DNA of 63,914 bases, filler included, from Vicugna vicugna (GCA_013265495.1; 75 parts of 71 records of this genome joined end to end with filler, not necessarily neighbours in it), one strand, 5' to 3'. Numbered from the whole stretch's first letter, positions 10,461 through 23,888 are shown. Notes: generated by a model not told the origin, from the letters alone. Made by a program: numbers and translations.

Positions 10461-12561
10461 TCTGCATACCACGTACTAAATTCTGGGTTTTATATTCTCT
10501 ATTCTTTTATCTAAATTCTGTGTTCTGCATTCTTTATTCTAAATTTTATATTCAGTATTCTGTATTCTATATTCTTAATTCTGTGTTCTGATTCCATTTC
10601 TAAATTCTGTTTTCTATATTCTCTTTTATATATTGTATATTTTGTGTTTTTAATTCTATATACTACATTCTATATTCTGCATTCAAAAAAATTCTAAATT
10701 CTATATTCAGTATTCTCTATTCTATATTCTAAATTCTGTGTACTACATTCCATGTTCTAAATGCTGGGTTCTATATTCTATATTCTATATTATATATTTT
10801 GTGTTCATCATTCTATATTCTATATTGTGCATTCCGTATTCTATATTGTATATTCTGAGTTCTGCACTATACTCTATATTCTATATTCAGTATTCTGTAT
10901 TCTATATTCTGGGTTCTGCATTCTACGTTCAAAATTCTATATTCATCATTCTGTATTGTATATTCTAAATTCTGTGTTCTGCATTCCATGATCTAAATCC
11001 TGGGTTCTGTATTCTGATTTCCATATTCTATATTCTGTNNNNNNNNNNNNNNNNNNNNNNNNNNNNNNNNNNNNNNNNNNNNNNNNNNNNNNNNNNNNNN
11101 NTATTCTAAATATTCAGTATTCTGCATTCTATATAATTAATTTTGTGTTCTGATTCCATTTCTAAATTCTGGTTTCTATATTCCTTTTATATATTCTATA
11201 TTTTGTGTTCTAAATTCAATACAATATNNNNNNNNNNNNNNNNNNNNNNNNNNNNNNNNNNNNNNNNNNNNNNNNNNNNNNNNNNNNNNNNNNNNNNNNN
11301 NNNNNNNNNNNNNNNNNNNNNNNNNNNNNNNNNNNNNNNNNNNNNNNNNNNNNNNNNNNNNNNNNNNNNNNNNNNNNNNNNNNNNNNNNNNNNNATACTA
11401 TACTTTCTTCATTCAATACTCTAAATTGTATATTGTGTATTCTGTATTCTAAAATTTAATTCTGTGTTCTGAATTCCATGTCCTAAATTCTATATTCATT
11501 ATTCTGTATTCTATTCTATATNNNNNNNNNNNNNNNNNNNNNNNNNNNNNNNNNNNNNNNNNNNNNNNNNNNNNNNNNNNNNNNNNNNNNNNNNNNNNNN
11601 NNNNNNNNNNNNNNNNNNNNNNNNNNNNNNNNNNNNNNNNNNNNNNNNNNNNNNNNNNNNNNNNNNNNNNNNNNNNNNNNNNNNNNNNNNNNNNNNNNNN
11701 NNNNNNNNNNNNNNNNNNNNNNNNNNNNNNNNNNNNNNNNNNNNNNNNNNNNNNNNNNNNNNNNNNNNNNNNNNNNNNNNNNNNNNNNNNNNNNNNNNNN
11801 NNNNNNNNNNNNNNNNNNNNNNNNNNNNNNNNNNNNNNNNNNNNNNNNNNNNNNNNNNNNNNNNNNNNNNNNNNNNNNNNNNNNNNNNNNNNNNNNNNNN
11901 NNNNNNNNNNNNNNNNNNNNNNNNNNNNNNNNNNNNNNNNNNNNNNNNNNNNNNNNNNNNNNNNNNNNNNNNNNNNNNNNNNNNNNNNNNNNNNNNNNNN
12001 NNNNNNNNNNNNNNNNNNNNNNNNNNNNNNNNNNNNNNNNNNNNNNNNNNNNNNNNNNNNNNNNNNNNNNNNNNNNNNNNNNNNNNNNNNNNNNNNNNNN
12101 NNNNNNNNNNNNNNNNNNNNNNNNNNNNNNNNNNNNNNNNNNNNNNNNNNNNNNNNNNNNNNNNNNNNNNNNNNNNNNNNNNNNNNNNNNNNNNNNNNNN
12201 NNNNNNNNNNNNNNNNNNNNNNNNNNNNNNNNNNNNNNNNNNNNNNNNNNNNNNNNNNNNNNNNNNNNNNNNNNNNNNNNNNNNNNNNNNNNNNNNNNNN
12301 NNNNNNNNNNNNNNNNNNNNNNNNNNNNNNNNNNNNNNNNNNNNNNNNNNNNNNNNNNNNNNNNNNNNNNNNNNNNNNNNNNNNNNNNNNNNNNNNNTCT
12401 ATATTCTGTATTCTATATTTTGCATTCCGTATTCTACATTTTATATTCTGTGTACTACATTATATATTCTAAATTCTATATTCAGTATTCCGTATTCTAC
12501 GTTCTATACTCTGTGTTCTACGTTCTATTTTCTAAATCCTCTATTTAGTATTCTGTATTCT
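10461..12561 (+). repeat. Heptamer satellite E (gapped scaffold)
   Basis: NNTTCTR periodicity in all sequenced parts. Confidence 0.95.
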
Positions 12562-12661
12562 NNNNNNNNNNNNNNNNNNNNNNNNNNNNNNNNNNNNNNN
12601 NNNNNTTAATTAATTAANNNNNNNNNNNNNNNNNNNNNNNNNNNNNNNNNNNNNNNNNNNN

Positions 12662-12945
12662 GTCCTCCATAATGGCTGCACCAATTTACATTCCCACCAG
12701 CAGTGTGGCAGTGTTCCTTTTTCGCCACAGCCTCTCCAGCATTTATTGTTTGTGGACTTTTGAATGATGGCCATTCTGACTGGTGTCAGGTGATACCTCA
12801 TTGTAGTTTTGATTTGCATTTCTCTAATAATTAGCGATGGTGAGCATCTCATCAGTTGCCTGTTAGCCATCTGAATGTCTTCTTTAGAGAAATCTCTATT
12901 TAGGTCTTCTGCCCATTTTTTTCACTGGGTTGCTTGTTTTTTAAA
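12662..12945 (-). mobile_element. LINE-1 ORF2 C-terminal fragment, well conserved
   Basis: ORF 12610..12870(-) reads [55 protein letters not shown], the canonical L1 ORF2 Cys-rich region. Confidence 0.97.
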
Positions 12946-13575
12946 TATTAAGCCTCCTCAGCTAGGGGTCACTATGGAAGTCCAAAAGGTGATTCTGCAA
13001 AGTGGGATCTCAGCCCTTACATCACACCACATTCCAATGAAAAACCAAGCACGTGGTGTATCAGCTGGTCCCAGGTGAATATTACTCCAGCAGAATTTTA
13101 CCTTGCTAGTGTCTTTTTCACATGAAACCTTTGTATCATCCATGATTTAAGACCATTTACAGTCAATCTTATTCTACCTGTACCACCGTAGACAAACTCT
13201 TTCCCAGGGTGTAATATCTATTTCCATACACCATTACTTTTTTTCTGCTATTTTCAAATATTCTTACAGATTATCAGACTTACAGATTAATTCCACAATT
13301 TCTAGGTATTCTAACTCAACTCTCTGGTCAAATCTTTTTATCACCATTTCATCTCTTCTCCTCTTCACTTTACTTTTTGTTATATTGTATTTTATTGTAT
13401 TGGTACTTTATTCCGATTTCTTTCCAACTGATTTTGGAGGAGCATCTCTGAGAGTCAGTTTCCTGAGTCTCTGTANNNNNNNNNNNNNNNNNNNNNNNNN
13501 NNNNNNNNNNNNNNNNNNNTTAATTAATTAANNNNNNNNNNNNNNNNNNNNNNNNNNNNNNNNNNNNNNNNNNNN

Positions 13576-14425
13576 TCAGGATTCCGGAACCCATTCTTGT
13601 GTGTGGGGGGGAGTTGTGCACCCCACTCCACCCAGATGAATGGGAACAAAGTTGTTCCCTTTAGGGAGAAGTCCTCTAAGTACTTCCTCAATCAATCAGG
13701 GGGGATTCACTGCTACTTGACCTCGAAGCCCAACCTCCAGCTTTCCCTCACATCCCGGATCAGGGAAACACTCATATTACAAGCTAAAGTATTCTATTAT
13801 AACCCAGGCGCTGCTGTCAGTTGGAGGAGGCTGCCAACTCTCAGGATAACTGTGCAAGTGTTAATGTGTGTGCTGGAGGTATTGAAACAGACTCCACGGA
13901 TCTTTATGGGGGCACAGGTGTTCCCAGGTTAGGGATGTATTTAAAACACCTCCACTAACCACAGAGAGGTACTCGCAAATACTTGGTTTTGAAGCCCAAA
14001 CCACATGTTCCCCTGCACTCCCGCCTAGGAATACCATCAGGGAAGACAAGCAAAGGGATTCAATTAGATCCCAGGCTCTGATGTCAGTTGCAGGATCTTC
14101 CCTGCACTCAGGATTCCAGAACACATTCTTCTGTGTGTGGGAGTTGTACAGCCCCACTCCACCCAGATGAATGGCGGCAAATGTGTTCCCTTATGGGAGA
14201 ACTCCTCTAAGTACTTCCTCAATTGATCAGGTGGCACCCACTGGTACTTGGACTCGAATCACAACCCCACGAATTCCGTCACATTCCGGACCACGGAAAC
14301 ACTCTTATTACAAACTAAGGGATTCTATTAGAACCCAGGCGCTGCTGTCATTTGGAGGAGCCTCCCCACAATTAGGATGCCTGAACACGTCTCCGTGTGT
14401 GTGCTGGAGGTGGGGAAACATATTC
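13576..14425 (+). repeat. Diverged ~266-bp satellite B
   Basis: TCAGGAT-like motif at ~13576, 13841, 14108, 14372; colinear with A. Confidence 0.9.
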
Positions 14426-15159
14426 NNNNNNNNNNNNNNNNNNNNNNNNNNNNNNNNNNNNNNNNNNNNNNNNNNNNNNNNNNNNNNNNNNNNNNNNNNN
14501 NNNNNNNNNNNNNNNNNNNNNNNNNNNNNNNNNNNNNNNNNNNNNNNNNNNNNNNNNNNNNNNNNNNNNNNNNNNNNNNNNNNNNNNNNNNNNNNNNNNN
14601 NNNNNNNNNNNNNNNNNNNNNNNNNNNNNNNNNNNNNNNNNNNNNNNNNNNNNNNNNNNNNNNNNNNNNNNNNNNNNNNNNNNNNNNNNNNNNNNNNNNN
14701 NNNNNNNNNNNNNNNNNNNNNNNNNNNNNNNNNNNNNNNNNNNNNNNNNNNNNNNNNNNNNNNNNNNNNNNNNNNNNNNNNNNNNNNNNNNNNNNNNNNN
14801 NNNNNNNNNNNNNNNNNNNNNNNNNNNNNNCCCCAACCCTTAACCCTAACTCAAATTCCGATTTGGAGTCAATGGATTCCTAGTCNNNNNNNNNNNNNNN
14901 NNNNNNNNNNNNNNNNNNNNNNNNNNNNNTTAATTAATTAANNNNNNNNNNNNNNNNNNNNNNNNNNNNNNNNNNNNNNNNNNNNTATGGTAATTAACCA
15001 ATATTGACAAACGGAGACACACATTGCATTCAAAAGCTGGCCGGCTTCAAACTTGGATATTGGACAGGTGGATTTCATAGGCAAGTGGTCAGGTGGATGG
15101 GAGAGAGATGGAGCCCAGGCCTGGGCCCATATTCAGGTTGAAATCGCCATTTCTTCACC

Positions 15160-15320
15160 ACAGGGCCTTGGACTAGAATGTAACCTCTCAACCTGTTGGA
15201 GAATCTGTGAAATGGGCATGATAATATTCATTTCTTCCAGGGATTTTTGTATGTTCTATTTGTATGTTCTAAAGAGTATTATAGTATACATGAAGCACTT
15301 AACACACTGGCACTTAGCAG
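15160..15320 (+). mobile_element. MIR SINE fragment
   Basis: TAACCTCTC...ATCTGTGAAATGGGCATGATAATA...AAGCACTTAACACACTGGCAC resembles the MIR core and 3' part. Confidence 0.7.
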
Positions 15321-15516
15321 TGTACACTTTGTGCGGCTGCCACGCTTGGCGTGTGTCAGAGCCGGAAAGGTAGTATTTGTCTGTTGAGGATGCACTGGTA
15401 GCCCCTTGGCTAGGTTNNNNNNNNNNNNNNNNNNNNNNNNNNNNNNNNNNNNNNNNNNNNTTAATTAATTAANNNNNNNNNNNNNNNNNNNNNNNNNNNN
15501 NNNNNNNNNNNNNNNN

Positions 15517-16013
15517 GCAGCTCTCTTCATTCACAGGTGTTCCCTGTTCGGGGAAGCCCAAAAAATACATTCCCTTATCTTGGGGAGGCAGCCTCTGACA
15601 CTGGGATATCCTGCAATCACCCCTAGCATTCCCTGGCACAGAGACATTAGGAAAACCCTCAGGGGAGACGAGCTTAGGCATTCCGTTAGAACCCANNNNN
15701 NNNNNNNNNNNNNNNNNNNNNNNNNNNNNNNNNNNNNNNNNNNNNNNNNNNNNNNNNNNNNNNNNNNNNNNNNNNNNNNNNNNNNNNNNNNNNNNNNNNN
15801 NNNNNNNNNNNNNNNNNATTGTGAAGTCAGAGATAAAACTTCCCTGAAATTGGGGAGGCAGCCTCTGACACTGGGATATCCTGCAATTACCCCTAGCATT
15901 CCCTGGCACAGAGATATTAGTAAAATCCTCAGGGGATACGAGCTTAGGATTTCCGATAGAACCCAAGCTCTGCCTACCGTTGGTGTAACCTCCCGACCCT
16001 TAGGATTCCGGAA
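15517..16013 (+). repeat. 267-bp satellite A
   Basis: A consensus motifs. Confidence 0.95.
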
Positions 16014-16113
16014 NNNNNNNNNNNNNNNNNNNNNNNNNNNNNNNNNNNNNNNNNNNNTTAATTAATTAANNNNNNNNNNNNNNNNNNNNNNNNNNNNNNN
16101 NNNNNNNNNNNNN

Positions 16114-17777
16114 CCCAAGTTCAGGGAAGTTATTTCCCGGACTTCCACGAACAGGGAAGTCCTGTGAATAAAGAGAGCTGCGTGGAGTTATCTCTCGAGT
16201 TCCCCTACGCACTGACAATGGTTCCGGAATCCTGAGTGTGGGGAGGTTCAAAAAACGGTCGGCAGCGCATGGGTTCTAAGGGAATGCCTAATCTCGTCTC
16301 CCCTGAGTGTTTTCCTAATGTCTCTGTGCCAGGGAAGGCTAGGGGTGATTGCAGGATATCTCAGTGACCGAGGCTGCCTCCCCAAGGTCAGGGAAGGTAT
16401 TTCTCGGACTTCCACGAACAGGGAACTCCTGTGAATGAAGANNNNNNNNNNNNNNNNNNNNNNNNNNNNNNNNNNNNNNNNNNNNNNNNNNNNNNNNNNN
16501 NNNNNNNNNNNNNNNNNNNNNNNNNNNNNNNNNNNNNNNNNNNNNNNNNNNNNNNNNNNNNNNNNNNNNNNNNNNNNNNNNNNNNNNNNNNNNNNNNNNN
16601 NNNNNNNNNNNNNNNNNNNNNNNNNNNNNNNNNNNNNNNNNNNNNNNNNNNNNNNNNNNNNNNNNNNNNNNNNNNNNNNNNNNNNNNNNNNNNNNNNNNN
16701 NNNNNNNNNNNNNNNNNNNNNNNNNNNNNNNNNNNNNNNNNNNNNNNNNNNNNNNNNNNNNNNNNNNNNNNNNNNNNNNNNNNNNNNNNNNNNNNNNNNN
16801 NNNNNNNNNNNNNNNNNNNNNNNNNNNNNNNNNNNNNNNNNNNNNNNNNNNNNNNNNNNNNNNNNNNNNNNNNNNNNNNNNNNNNNNNNNNNNNNNNNNN
16901 NNNNNNNNNNNNNNNNNNNNNNNNNNNNNNNNNNNNNNNNNNNNNNNNNNNNNNNNNNNNNNNNNNNNNNNNNNNNNNNNNNNNNNNNNNNNNNNNNNNN
17001 NNNNNNNNNNNNNNNNNNNNNNNNNNNNNNNNNNNNNNNNNNNNNNNNNNNNNNNNNNNNNNNNNNNNNNNNNNNNNNNNNNNNNNNNNNNNNNNNNNNN
17101 NNNNNNNNNNNNNNNNNNNNNNNNNNNNNNNNNNNNNNNNNNNNNNNNNNNNNNNNNNNNNNNNNNNNNNNNNNNNNNNNNNNNNNNNNNNNNNNNNNNN
17201 NNNNNNNNNNNNNNNNNNNNNNNNNNNNTGGAGTTGTCTCTCGAGCTCCCCCACGCACTGACAATGGTTCCGGAATCCTGAGCGTGGGGAGGTTCCACCA
17301 AAGTTCGGCAGCGCGTGGGTTCTAACGGAATGCCTAAGCTCGTATCCCCTGAGGGTTTTCCTAATGTCTCTGTGCCAGGGAATGGTAGGGGGGTTTGCAG
17401 GATATCCCAGTGTCATACGCTGCTTCCCCAAGGTCAGGGAAGTTATTTCCCGGACTTCCCCAAACAGGGAAATCATGTGAATTAAGAGAGCTGTGTGGAG
17501 TTGTCTCTCGAGCTCCCCCACGCACTGACAATTGTTCCGGAATCCTGAGCGTGGGGAGATTCCAACAACGGTCGGCAGCGCTTGTGTTATAACGGAATGC
17601 ATAATCTCGTCTCCCCTGAGAGTTTTCCTAATGTCTCTGTGCCAGGGAATGCTAGGGCTGATTGCAGGATATCCCAGTGACCGAGGCTGCCTCCCCAATT
17701 TCAGGGAAGGTTTTTCTCGGACTTTCCAGAAAAGAGAAATCCTGTGAATGAAGAGAGATGCGTGGAGTTGTCTCTCG
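16114..17777 (-). repeat. 267-bp satellite A (gapped)
   Basis: Reverse-complement A monomers on both sides of the gap. Confidence 0.95.
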
Positions 17778-17877
17778 NNNNNNNNNNNNNNNNNNNNNNN
17801 NNNNNNNNNNNNNNNNNNNNNTTAATTAATTAANNNNNNNNNNNNNNNNNNNNNNNNNNNNNNNNNNNNNNNNNNNN

Positions 17878-18650
17878 CGGCACTAGGAAACAGACTGAGA
17901 ATCCAGAATAAGTGTTTCTCCTACAACACGTTCCATTTTGCTGGATGAATGAAAGTCTCTCCACATGCTCTGTTCTGAGAAATATGTGTGTGTGAAAGCC
18001 GGCCTTCACCTACCTAAAGGGAACACAAATTTTCTTGTCAATTGCAAACTCCATTCCATAAATATATATGGGGAGGAACAAGTTCCAACTCGGTTTTACA
18101 GTGAAAAGTGCAGGAACTTCAAACCGGCCCTAGGAAAGTGTTTGAGAAACCAGTGTACGTGTTTCTCCTTCAAACCGTTCCCTTTGTGTTGGATGAACGA
18201 AGGTCTCCCGCATACTCAGTTCTGAGAGATAAGTGTGTGTGAAAGCCATCCTTCACCTAGCTTGAAAAGCACACAAAGTTTCTTGTCACTTGCCAACTCC
18301 ACTCCATACATATATATTGGGAGGTACAAGCTCCAACTCGGTTTTACACTGCAAACCGCAGGAACTTCAAACCAGCACTAGGAAACAGACTGAGAAACCA
18401 GAGTAAGTGTTTCTCCTACAAACCAGAGTAAGTGTTTCTCCTACAACAAGTTCTCTTTGTGTTGGATGAACGAACGGCTCCCCACATGCTCAATTCTGAG
18501 AGATAGGTGTGTGTGAAAGCCGTCCTTCACCTAGCTTCAAGGGAACACAAAGTTTCTTGTCACTTGCAAAGTCCATTCCATATATATATATGTGAAAGTA
18601 CAAGCTCCAAGTCGGTTTTACAGTGCAAACCGCAGGAACTTCAAACCGGC
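17878..18650 (+). repeat. ~249-bp satellite C
   Basis: GAAAGCC at 17994, 18241, 18515 (spacings 247 and 249+25). Confidence 0.95.
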
Positions 18651-18750
18651 NNNNNNNNNNNNNNNNNNNNNNNNNNNNNNNNNNNNNNNNNNNNTTAATT
18701 AATTAANNNNNNNNNNNNNNNNNNNNNNNNNNNNNNNNNNNNNNNNNNNN

Positions 18751-20279
18751 GTAGTACACAAAATATAGAATATAAAATACAGAATACAGAACCCATATTA
18801 GAACATGGAATTCAAAACAGAGAAATTTAAATATTCAGTACAGAATACAAAATATAGAATGTAGAGTTTAGAATGTAGAACACAGACTTTCGAATGTAGA
18901 ATACAGAATTCAGCATATAAAATGTAGTGTACAGAATGTAGAACACAGAATATAAAATATAGAATACAGAATACAGAATTTAGAATGTAGATAAGATAAT
19001 ATAGAATATAGAATCCAGAATAGAGATCCAAGAATTAATTTAGAATATACAGAATATAGAATGTAGAATATAGAAATTAGAACACAAAATATAGAATATA
19101 GAATACTGAACCCAGAACCCTGAATTTAGAATATGTAATGCAAAACAAAGAATATAGTATAGTATNNNNNNNNNNNNNNNNNNNNNNNNNNNNNNNNNNN
19201 NNNNNNNNNNNNNNNNNNNNNNNNNNNNNNNNNNNNNNNNNNNNNNNNNNNNNNNNNNNNNNNNNNNNNNNNNNNNNNNNNNNNNNNNNNNNNNNNNNNN
19301 NNNNNNNNNNNNNNNNNNNNNNNNNNNNNNNNNNNNNATATAGAATATACAGAATACAGAATGTAGAATACAGAATGTAGAACACTGACTATAGAATGTA
19401 GAATACAGTATCCAGAATTTAGAACATAGAATTCAGAACAGAGAATTTAGAATATAGTATAGAANNNNNNNNNNNNNNNNNNNNNNNNNNNNNNNNNNNN
19501 NNNNNNNNTTAATTAATTAANNNNNNNNNNNNNNNNNNNNNNNNNNNNNNNNNNNNNNNNNNNNAACCCAGAATCATGGAATTCAGAACCCAGAATATAG
19601 TATATAGAATCCAGAATATAGAAAATAGATTATAATCATGGAATTCAGAACACAGTACATAGAATATAGAATACAGAAATATTATGTGAAATATAGAATG
19701 TAGAACACAGAAAATGAATATAAAATAGAGTATACAGAATACAGAATGTACAATATTGAATGTACAACACAGAATATGAAAATAAAATTCAGAAATAGAA
19801 TGCAGAATATGGAATGTAGAACATAGAATATAGAAATAGAATACTGAAACCAAAATTTAGAACATGGATTTCAGAACTAAAAATTTAGGATATAGAATAC
19901 AGAAAATATAATGTAGAATACTGAATTTACAACAAATTATATGGAAAATAGAATACAGAATGCAGAACCCAGAATTTAGAACTTGGAATGCAGAACCCAG
20001 AATTTAGTATATAGAATACAGACACAGAATATAGAAAATAGATGACAGAATGTAGAATACAGAATATAGAATATAGAATAAAGAATACAGAATATAGAAT
20101 ATAGAATATACAATGTAGAACTCAGAATATAGAATGTAGAATGCAGAATTCAGTACACAGAATTTAGAATATGTAATTCAGAACAGAGAACTTAGAATAT
20201 AGAATACAGGATACAGAATATACAATGTTACAACATAGAATGTAGAACACAGGATATAGAATATAGAATACAGAATACA
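18751..20279 (-). repeat. Heptamer satellite E (two scaffolds, AGAATAT orientation)
   Basis: AGAATAT/AGAATTT/AGAACAC units. Confidence 0.95.
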
Positions 20280-20754
20280 NNNNNNNNNNNNNNNNNNNNN
20301 NNNNNNNNNNNNNNNNNNNNNNNTTAATTAATTAANNNNNNNNNNNNNNNNNNNNNNNNNNNNNNNNNNNNNNNNNNNNCTAGCAGCCTTGGTATAGAGG
20401 TGGCAGGACAAGGTCCTAGTGGATATGATCGTTTTCATGTGTCTTAAAAATCATTGATTCGTATATTGTATCCATTTTGTGGTTTATTGTAGGGTGGTAA
20501 ATATGGTCAGTGTTACTCCATATTACCTGGATTAATTAATTTTTTATTGTTAATTTTCTCTTCAGTGATTTGGAAGCTATATTGCCTCTTAATGAAAAGT
20601 CTCTCTAAATTTTTATAAATCATCTCTAAGTTCATAACTTTATATGCAATTGGACCAGTATACCTATAAGAATCTCAGAAATGAAATAATCTATTAGATC
20701 CTGTTCCTCAATAATGAAAAATTTAGCATATTTTAGCTCTCTGCTATTCCAAAT

Positions 20755-20784
20755 TGTGTGTGTGTGTGCGTGTGTGTTTGTGTG
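20755..20784 (+). repeat. Imperfect (TG)n microsatellite
   Basis: Direct reading. Confidence 0.85.
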
Positions 20785-21158
20785 CTCCAGTTACTACTTT
20801 TTAGACAGTTGCTTAAAGTTTGTTACATTAACAAAGAAAATATAGGTATAAACATCTTGGATTTCATTGCTCACTACCACTATTTAATCCCATGTCTTTC
20901 CCACTTTTGAGTTATTTACTTATCGTGATTTCCCAATCAACTGGACACGTGATTGACTAATTTTTTTCGAGCGGTGGACTTGGAACACTTACATATCTAT
21001 ATGCAGAATATGATCTCCTCATCAACAGCTCTCAGTGTGTTGTTGATAGCCCAAACCTNNNNNNNNNNNNNNNNNNNNNNNNNNNNNNNNNNNNNNNNNN
21101 NNTTAATTAATTAANNNNNNNNNNNNNNNNNNNNNNNNNNNNNNNNNNNNNNNNNNNN

Positions 21159-22017
21159 CCTGGGAACACCTGTGCCCCCATAAAGCTGCGTGGACTATGT
21201 ATCTCCAACAACAGCAGACACACAAAGACATGTTCAGGTATCCTGAGTGTGGGGAGTCTCCTCCAACTGACAGCAGCCCCTGGGTTCTAATAGAATCCCT
21301 TAGCTTGTCTTAGCTGATGGCCTGCCTAGGCTGGAGTGTGGGGGAAAGTGGGGGTTGGGTTTGAAGTCCAAGTAGCAACGAGTGCCCCCCGATTTACTGA
21401 GGAAGTACTTAGAAGATTTCACGCTAATGTGGAACGCCTGTGCCCCCTTTCAAATTCAACTGTGTGGGTATCCACAACTTTCCAACACACAAGGGTGGGA
21501 TCCGGAATCCTGAGTGTGTGGAAGATCCTCCAACTGACAACAGTGCCTGCGTTTTAATAGAATAAATCAGCTTGATTTCCCTAAGTTTATTCCTAGACCT
21601 AGCAGTGAGCGATGGTGTGGAATGGGCTCTAAAGCCAAGAATAAGCGAGTGCACCTCTGTGGGCAGTGGAGGATTTGAAACTTCTTCCCCAACCTTGGAA
21701 CACCTGTGCCCCAATAAAGATGCGCGGACTCTGATTCCCCACCTCCAGCACACACACGGAGACGTGCTCAGGTATCCTGATTTTGGGGAGGCTCCTCCAA
21801 ATGACAGCAGCGCCTGGGTTCCAATAAAACCCCTTAGTTTGTATTTCCTGTGTGTATCCCTACGCCGGACTTCGAGGGAAAGCTTGGTGTTGGGATTGGA
21901 GAAGTAGCATCGCTCCAATGGACTGAGGAAAGATTTTGAGGAATTCTCCCTAACCTGGAACACCTGTGCCCACATTCTTCTGCGTGGGGTGCGTCTCCAC
22001 ACATCCCCCACACTAAA
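21159..22017 (-). repeat. Diverged satellite B
   Basis: GGAACACCTGTGCCC-like motif at ~21163, 21431, 21697, 21957. Confidence 0.9.
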
Positions 22018-22117
22018 NNNNNNNNNNNNNNNNNNNNNNNNNNNNNNNNNNNNNNNNNNNNTTAATTAATTAANNNNNNNNNNNNNNNNNNNNNNNNNNN
22101 NNNNNNNNNNNNNNNNN

Positions 22118-22908
22118 CCCCGAACAGGGAACAACTGTGAGTGAAAAGAGCTGCGTGGAGTTTTCTCTCGTGCTACCCCACGCACTGACACTGGTTCCGA
22201 AATCCTGAGCGTGGGGAGGTTCCACCAACGGTCGGCAGCGCGTGGGTTCTAACGGAAGGCCTAAGCTCATATCCCCTGAGGGTTTTCCTAATGTCTCTGT
22301 GCCAGGGAATGCTAGGGGTGATTGCAGGCAATCCCAGTGANNNNNNNNNNNNNNNNNNNNNNNNNNNNNNNNNNNNNNNNNNNNNNNNNNNNNNNNNNNN
22401 NNNNNNNNNNNNNNNNNNNNNNNNNNNNNNNNNNNNNNNNNNNNNNNNNNNNNNNNNNNNNNNNNNNNNNNNNNNNNNNNNNNNNNNNNNNNNNNNNNNN
22501 NNNNNNNNNNNNNNNNNNNNNNNNNNNNNNNNNNNNNNNNNNNNNNNNNNNNNNNNNNNNNNNNNNNNNNNNNNNNNNNNNNNNNNNNNNNNNNNNNNNN
22601 NNNNNNNNNNNNNNNNNNNNNNNNNNNNNNNNNNNNNNNNNNNNNNNNNNNNNNNNNNNNNNNNNNNNNNNNNNNNNNNNNNNNTCGAGCTCCCCCACGT
22701 ACTGACAATGGTTGCGGAATCCTGAGCGTGGGGAGGTTCCACCAACGGTCGGCAGCGCATGGGTTCTAACGGAATGCCTAAGCTCGTCTACCCTGAGGGT
22801 TTTCCTAATGTCTCTGTGCCAGGGAAAGCTAGGGGTGATTGCAGGCAATACCAGTGACCGATTCTGCCTCCCCAAATTCAGGGAAGTTATTTCCCGGACT
22901 TCCCCGAA
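22118..22908 (-). repeat. 267-bp satellite A
   Basis: Reverse-complement A monomers. Confidence 0.95.
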
Positions 22909-23008
22909 NNNNNNNNNNNNNNNNNNNNNNNNNNNNNNNNNNNNNNNNNNNNTTAATTAATTAANNNNNNNNNNNNNNNNNNNNNNNNNNNNNNNNNNNN
23001 NNNNNNNN

Positions 23009-23788
23009 TCTATATTCTAAATTCCATGTTCTGCATTCCATGTTCTAAATTCTATGTTGTATATTCTATATTCTCTATTCTATATTTTTTATTCTTCATT
23101 CTATATTCTACATTCTATATTCTGCATTCCGTTTTCTATATTCCGTATTCTGTGTTCTACATTCTATATTCTAAATCCTATATTCAGTATTCTGTATTCT
23201 ATAACTATATACTAAATTCTGTGTTCCGGATTCGATGTTTTAAATTCTGGGTTCTGTATTCTCTATTATATATCCTGTGTTCTGCATTCTATATTCAAAA
23301 TCCTACATTCAATATTCTGTATTTATATTCGAAATTCTGTGTTCTGCATTCTATGTTCTAAATTCTGGCTTCTATATTCTCTATTCTATATTTTATATTT
23401 TGCGTACTTCATTGTATATTATACAATCTATATTTTGCCTTCCGTATTCTATATTCTATATTCTGTGTTCTACATTCTATATTCTAATGTATTTATTCAG
23501 TATTCTGTATTCTATATTCTAAATTCTGTGTTCTACATTCTATATTCTAAATTCTATATACAGCAATCTCTATACTATATTCTAAATTGTATATTCATTA
23601 TTCTGTATTCTATATTCTAAATTCTATGTTCTGCATTCCATGTTCTAAATTCTGTTTTGTATATTCTCTATTCTATATTCAATATTTCTATTCTTCAATC
23701 TAGATTCTGCAGTCTATATTCTGCATTCCGTATTCTATTTTTTTATTCTGTGTTCTATATTCTATATTCAAAATTCTATATTCAGTAT
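23009..23788 (+). repeat. Heptamer satellite E
   Basis: NNTTCTR periodicity. Confidence 0.95.
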
Positions 23789-23888
23789 NNNNNNNNNNNN
23801 NNNNNNNNNNNNNNNNNNNNNNNNNNNNNNNNTTAATTAATTAANNNNNNNNNNNNNNNNNNNNNNNNNNNNNNNNNNNNNNNNNNNN

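Noticed and set aside
16248..17698. Long ORFs of 276-436 aa, and similar ones at 14171, 22070, 31560, 37484, 39733, 61130
   Set aside because: Length comes mostly from N runs translated as X
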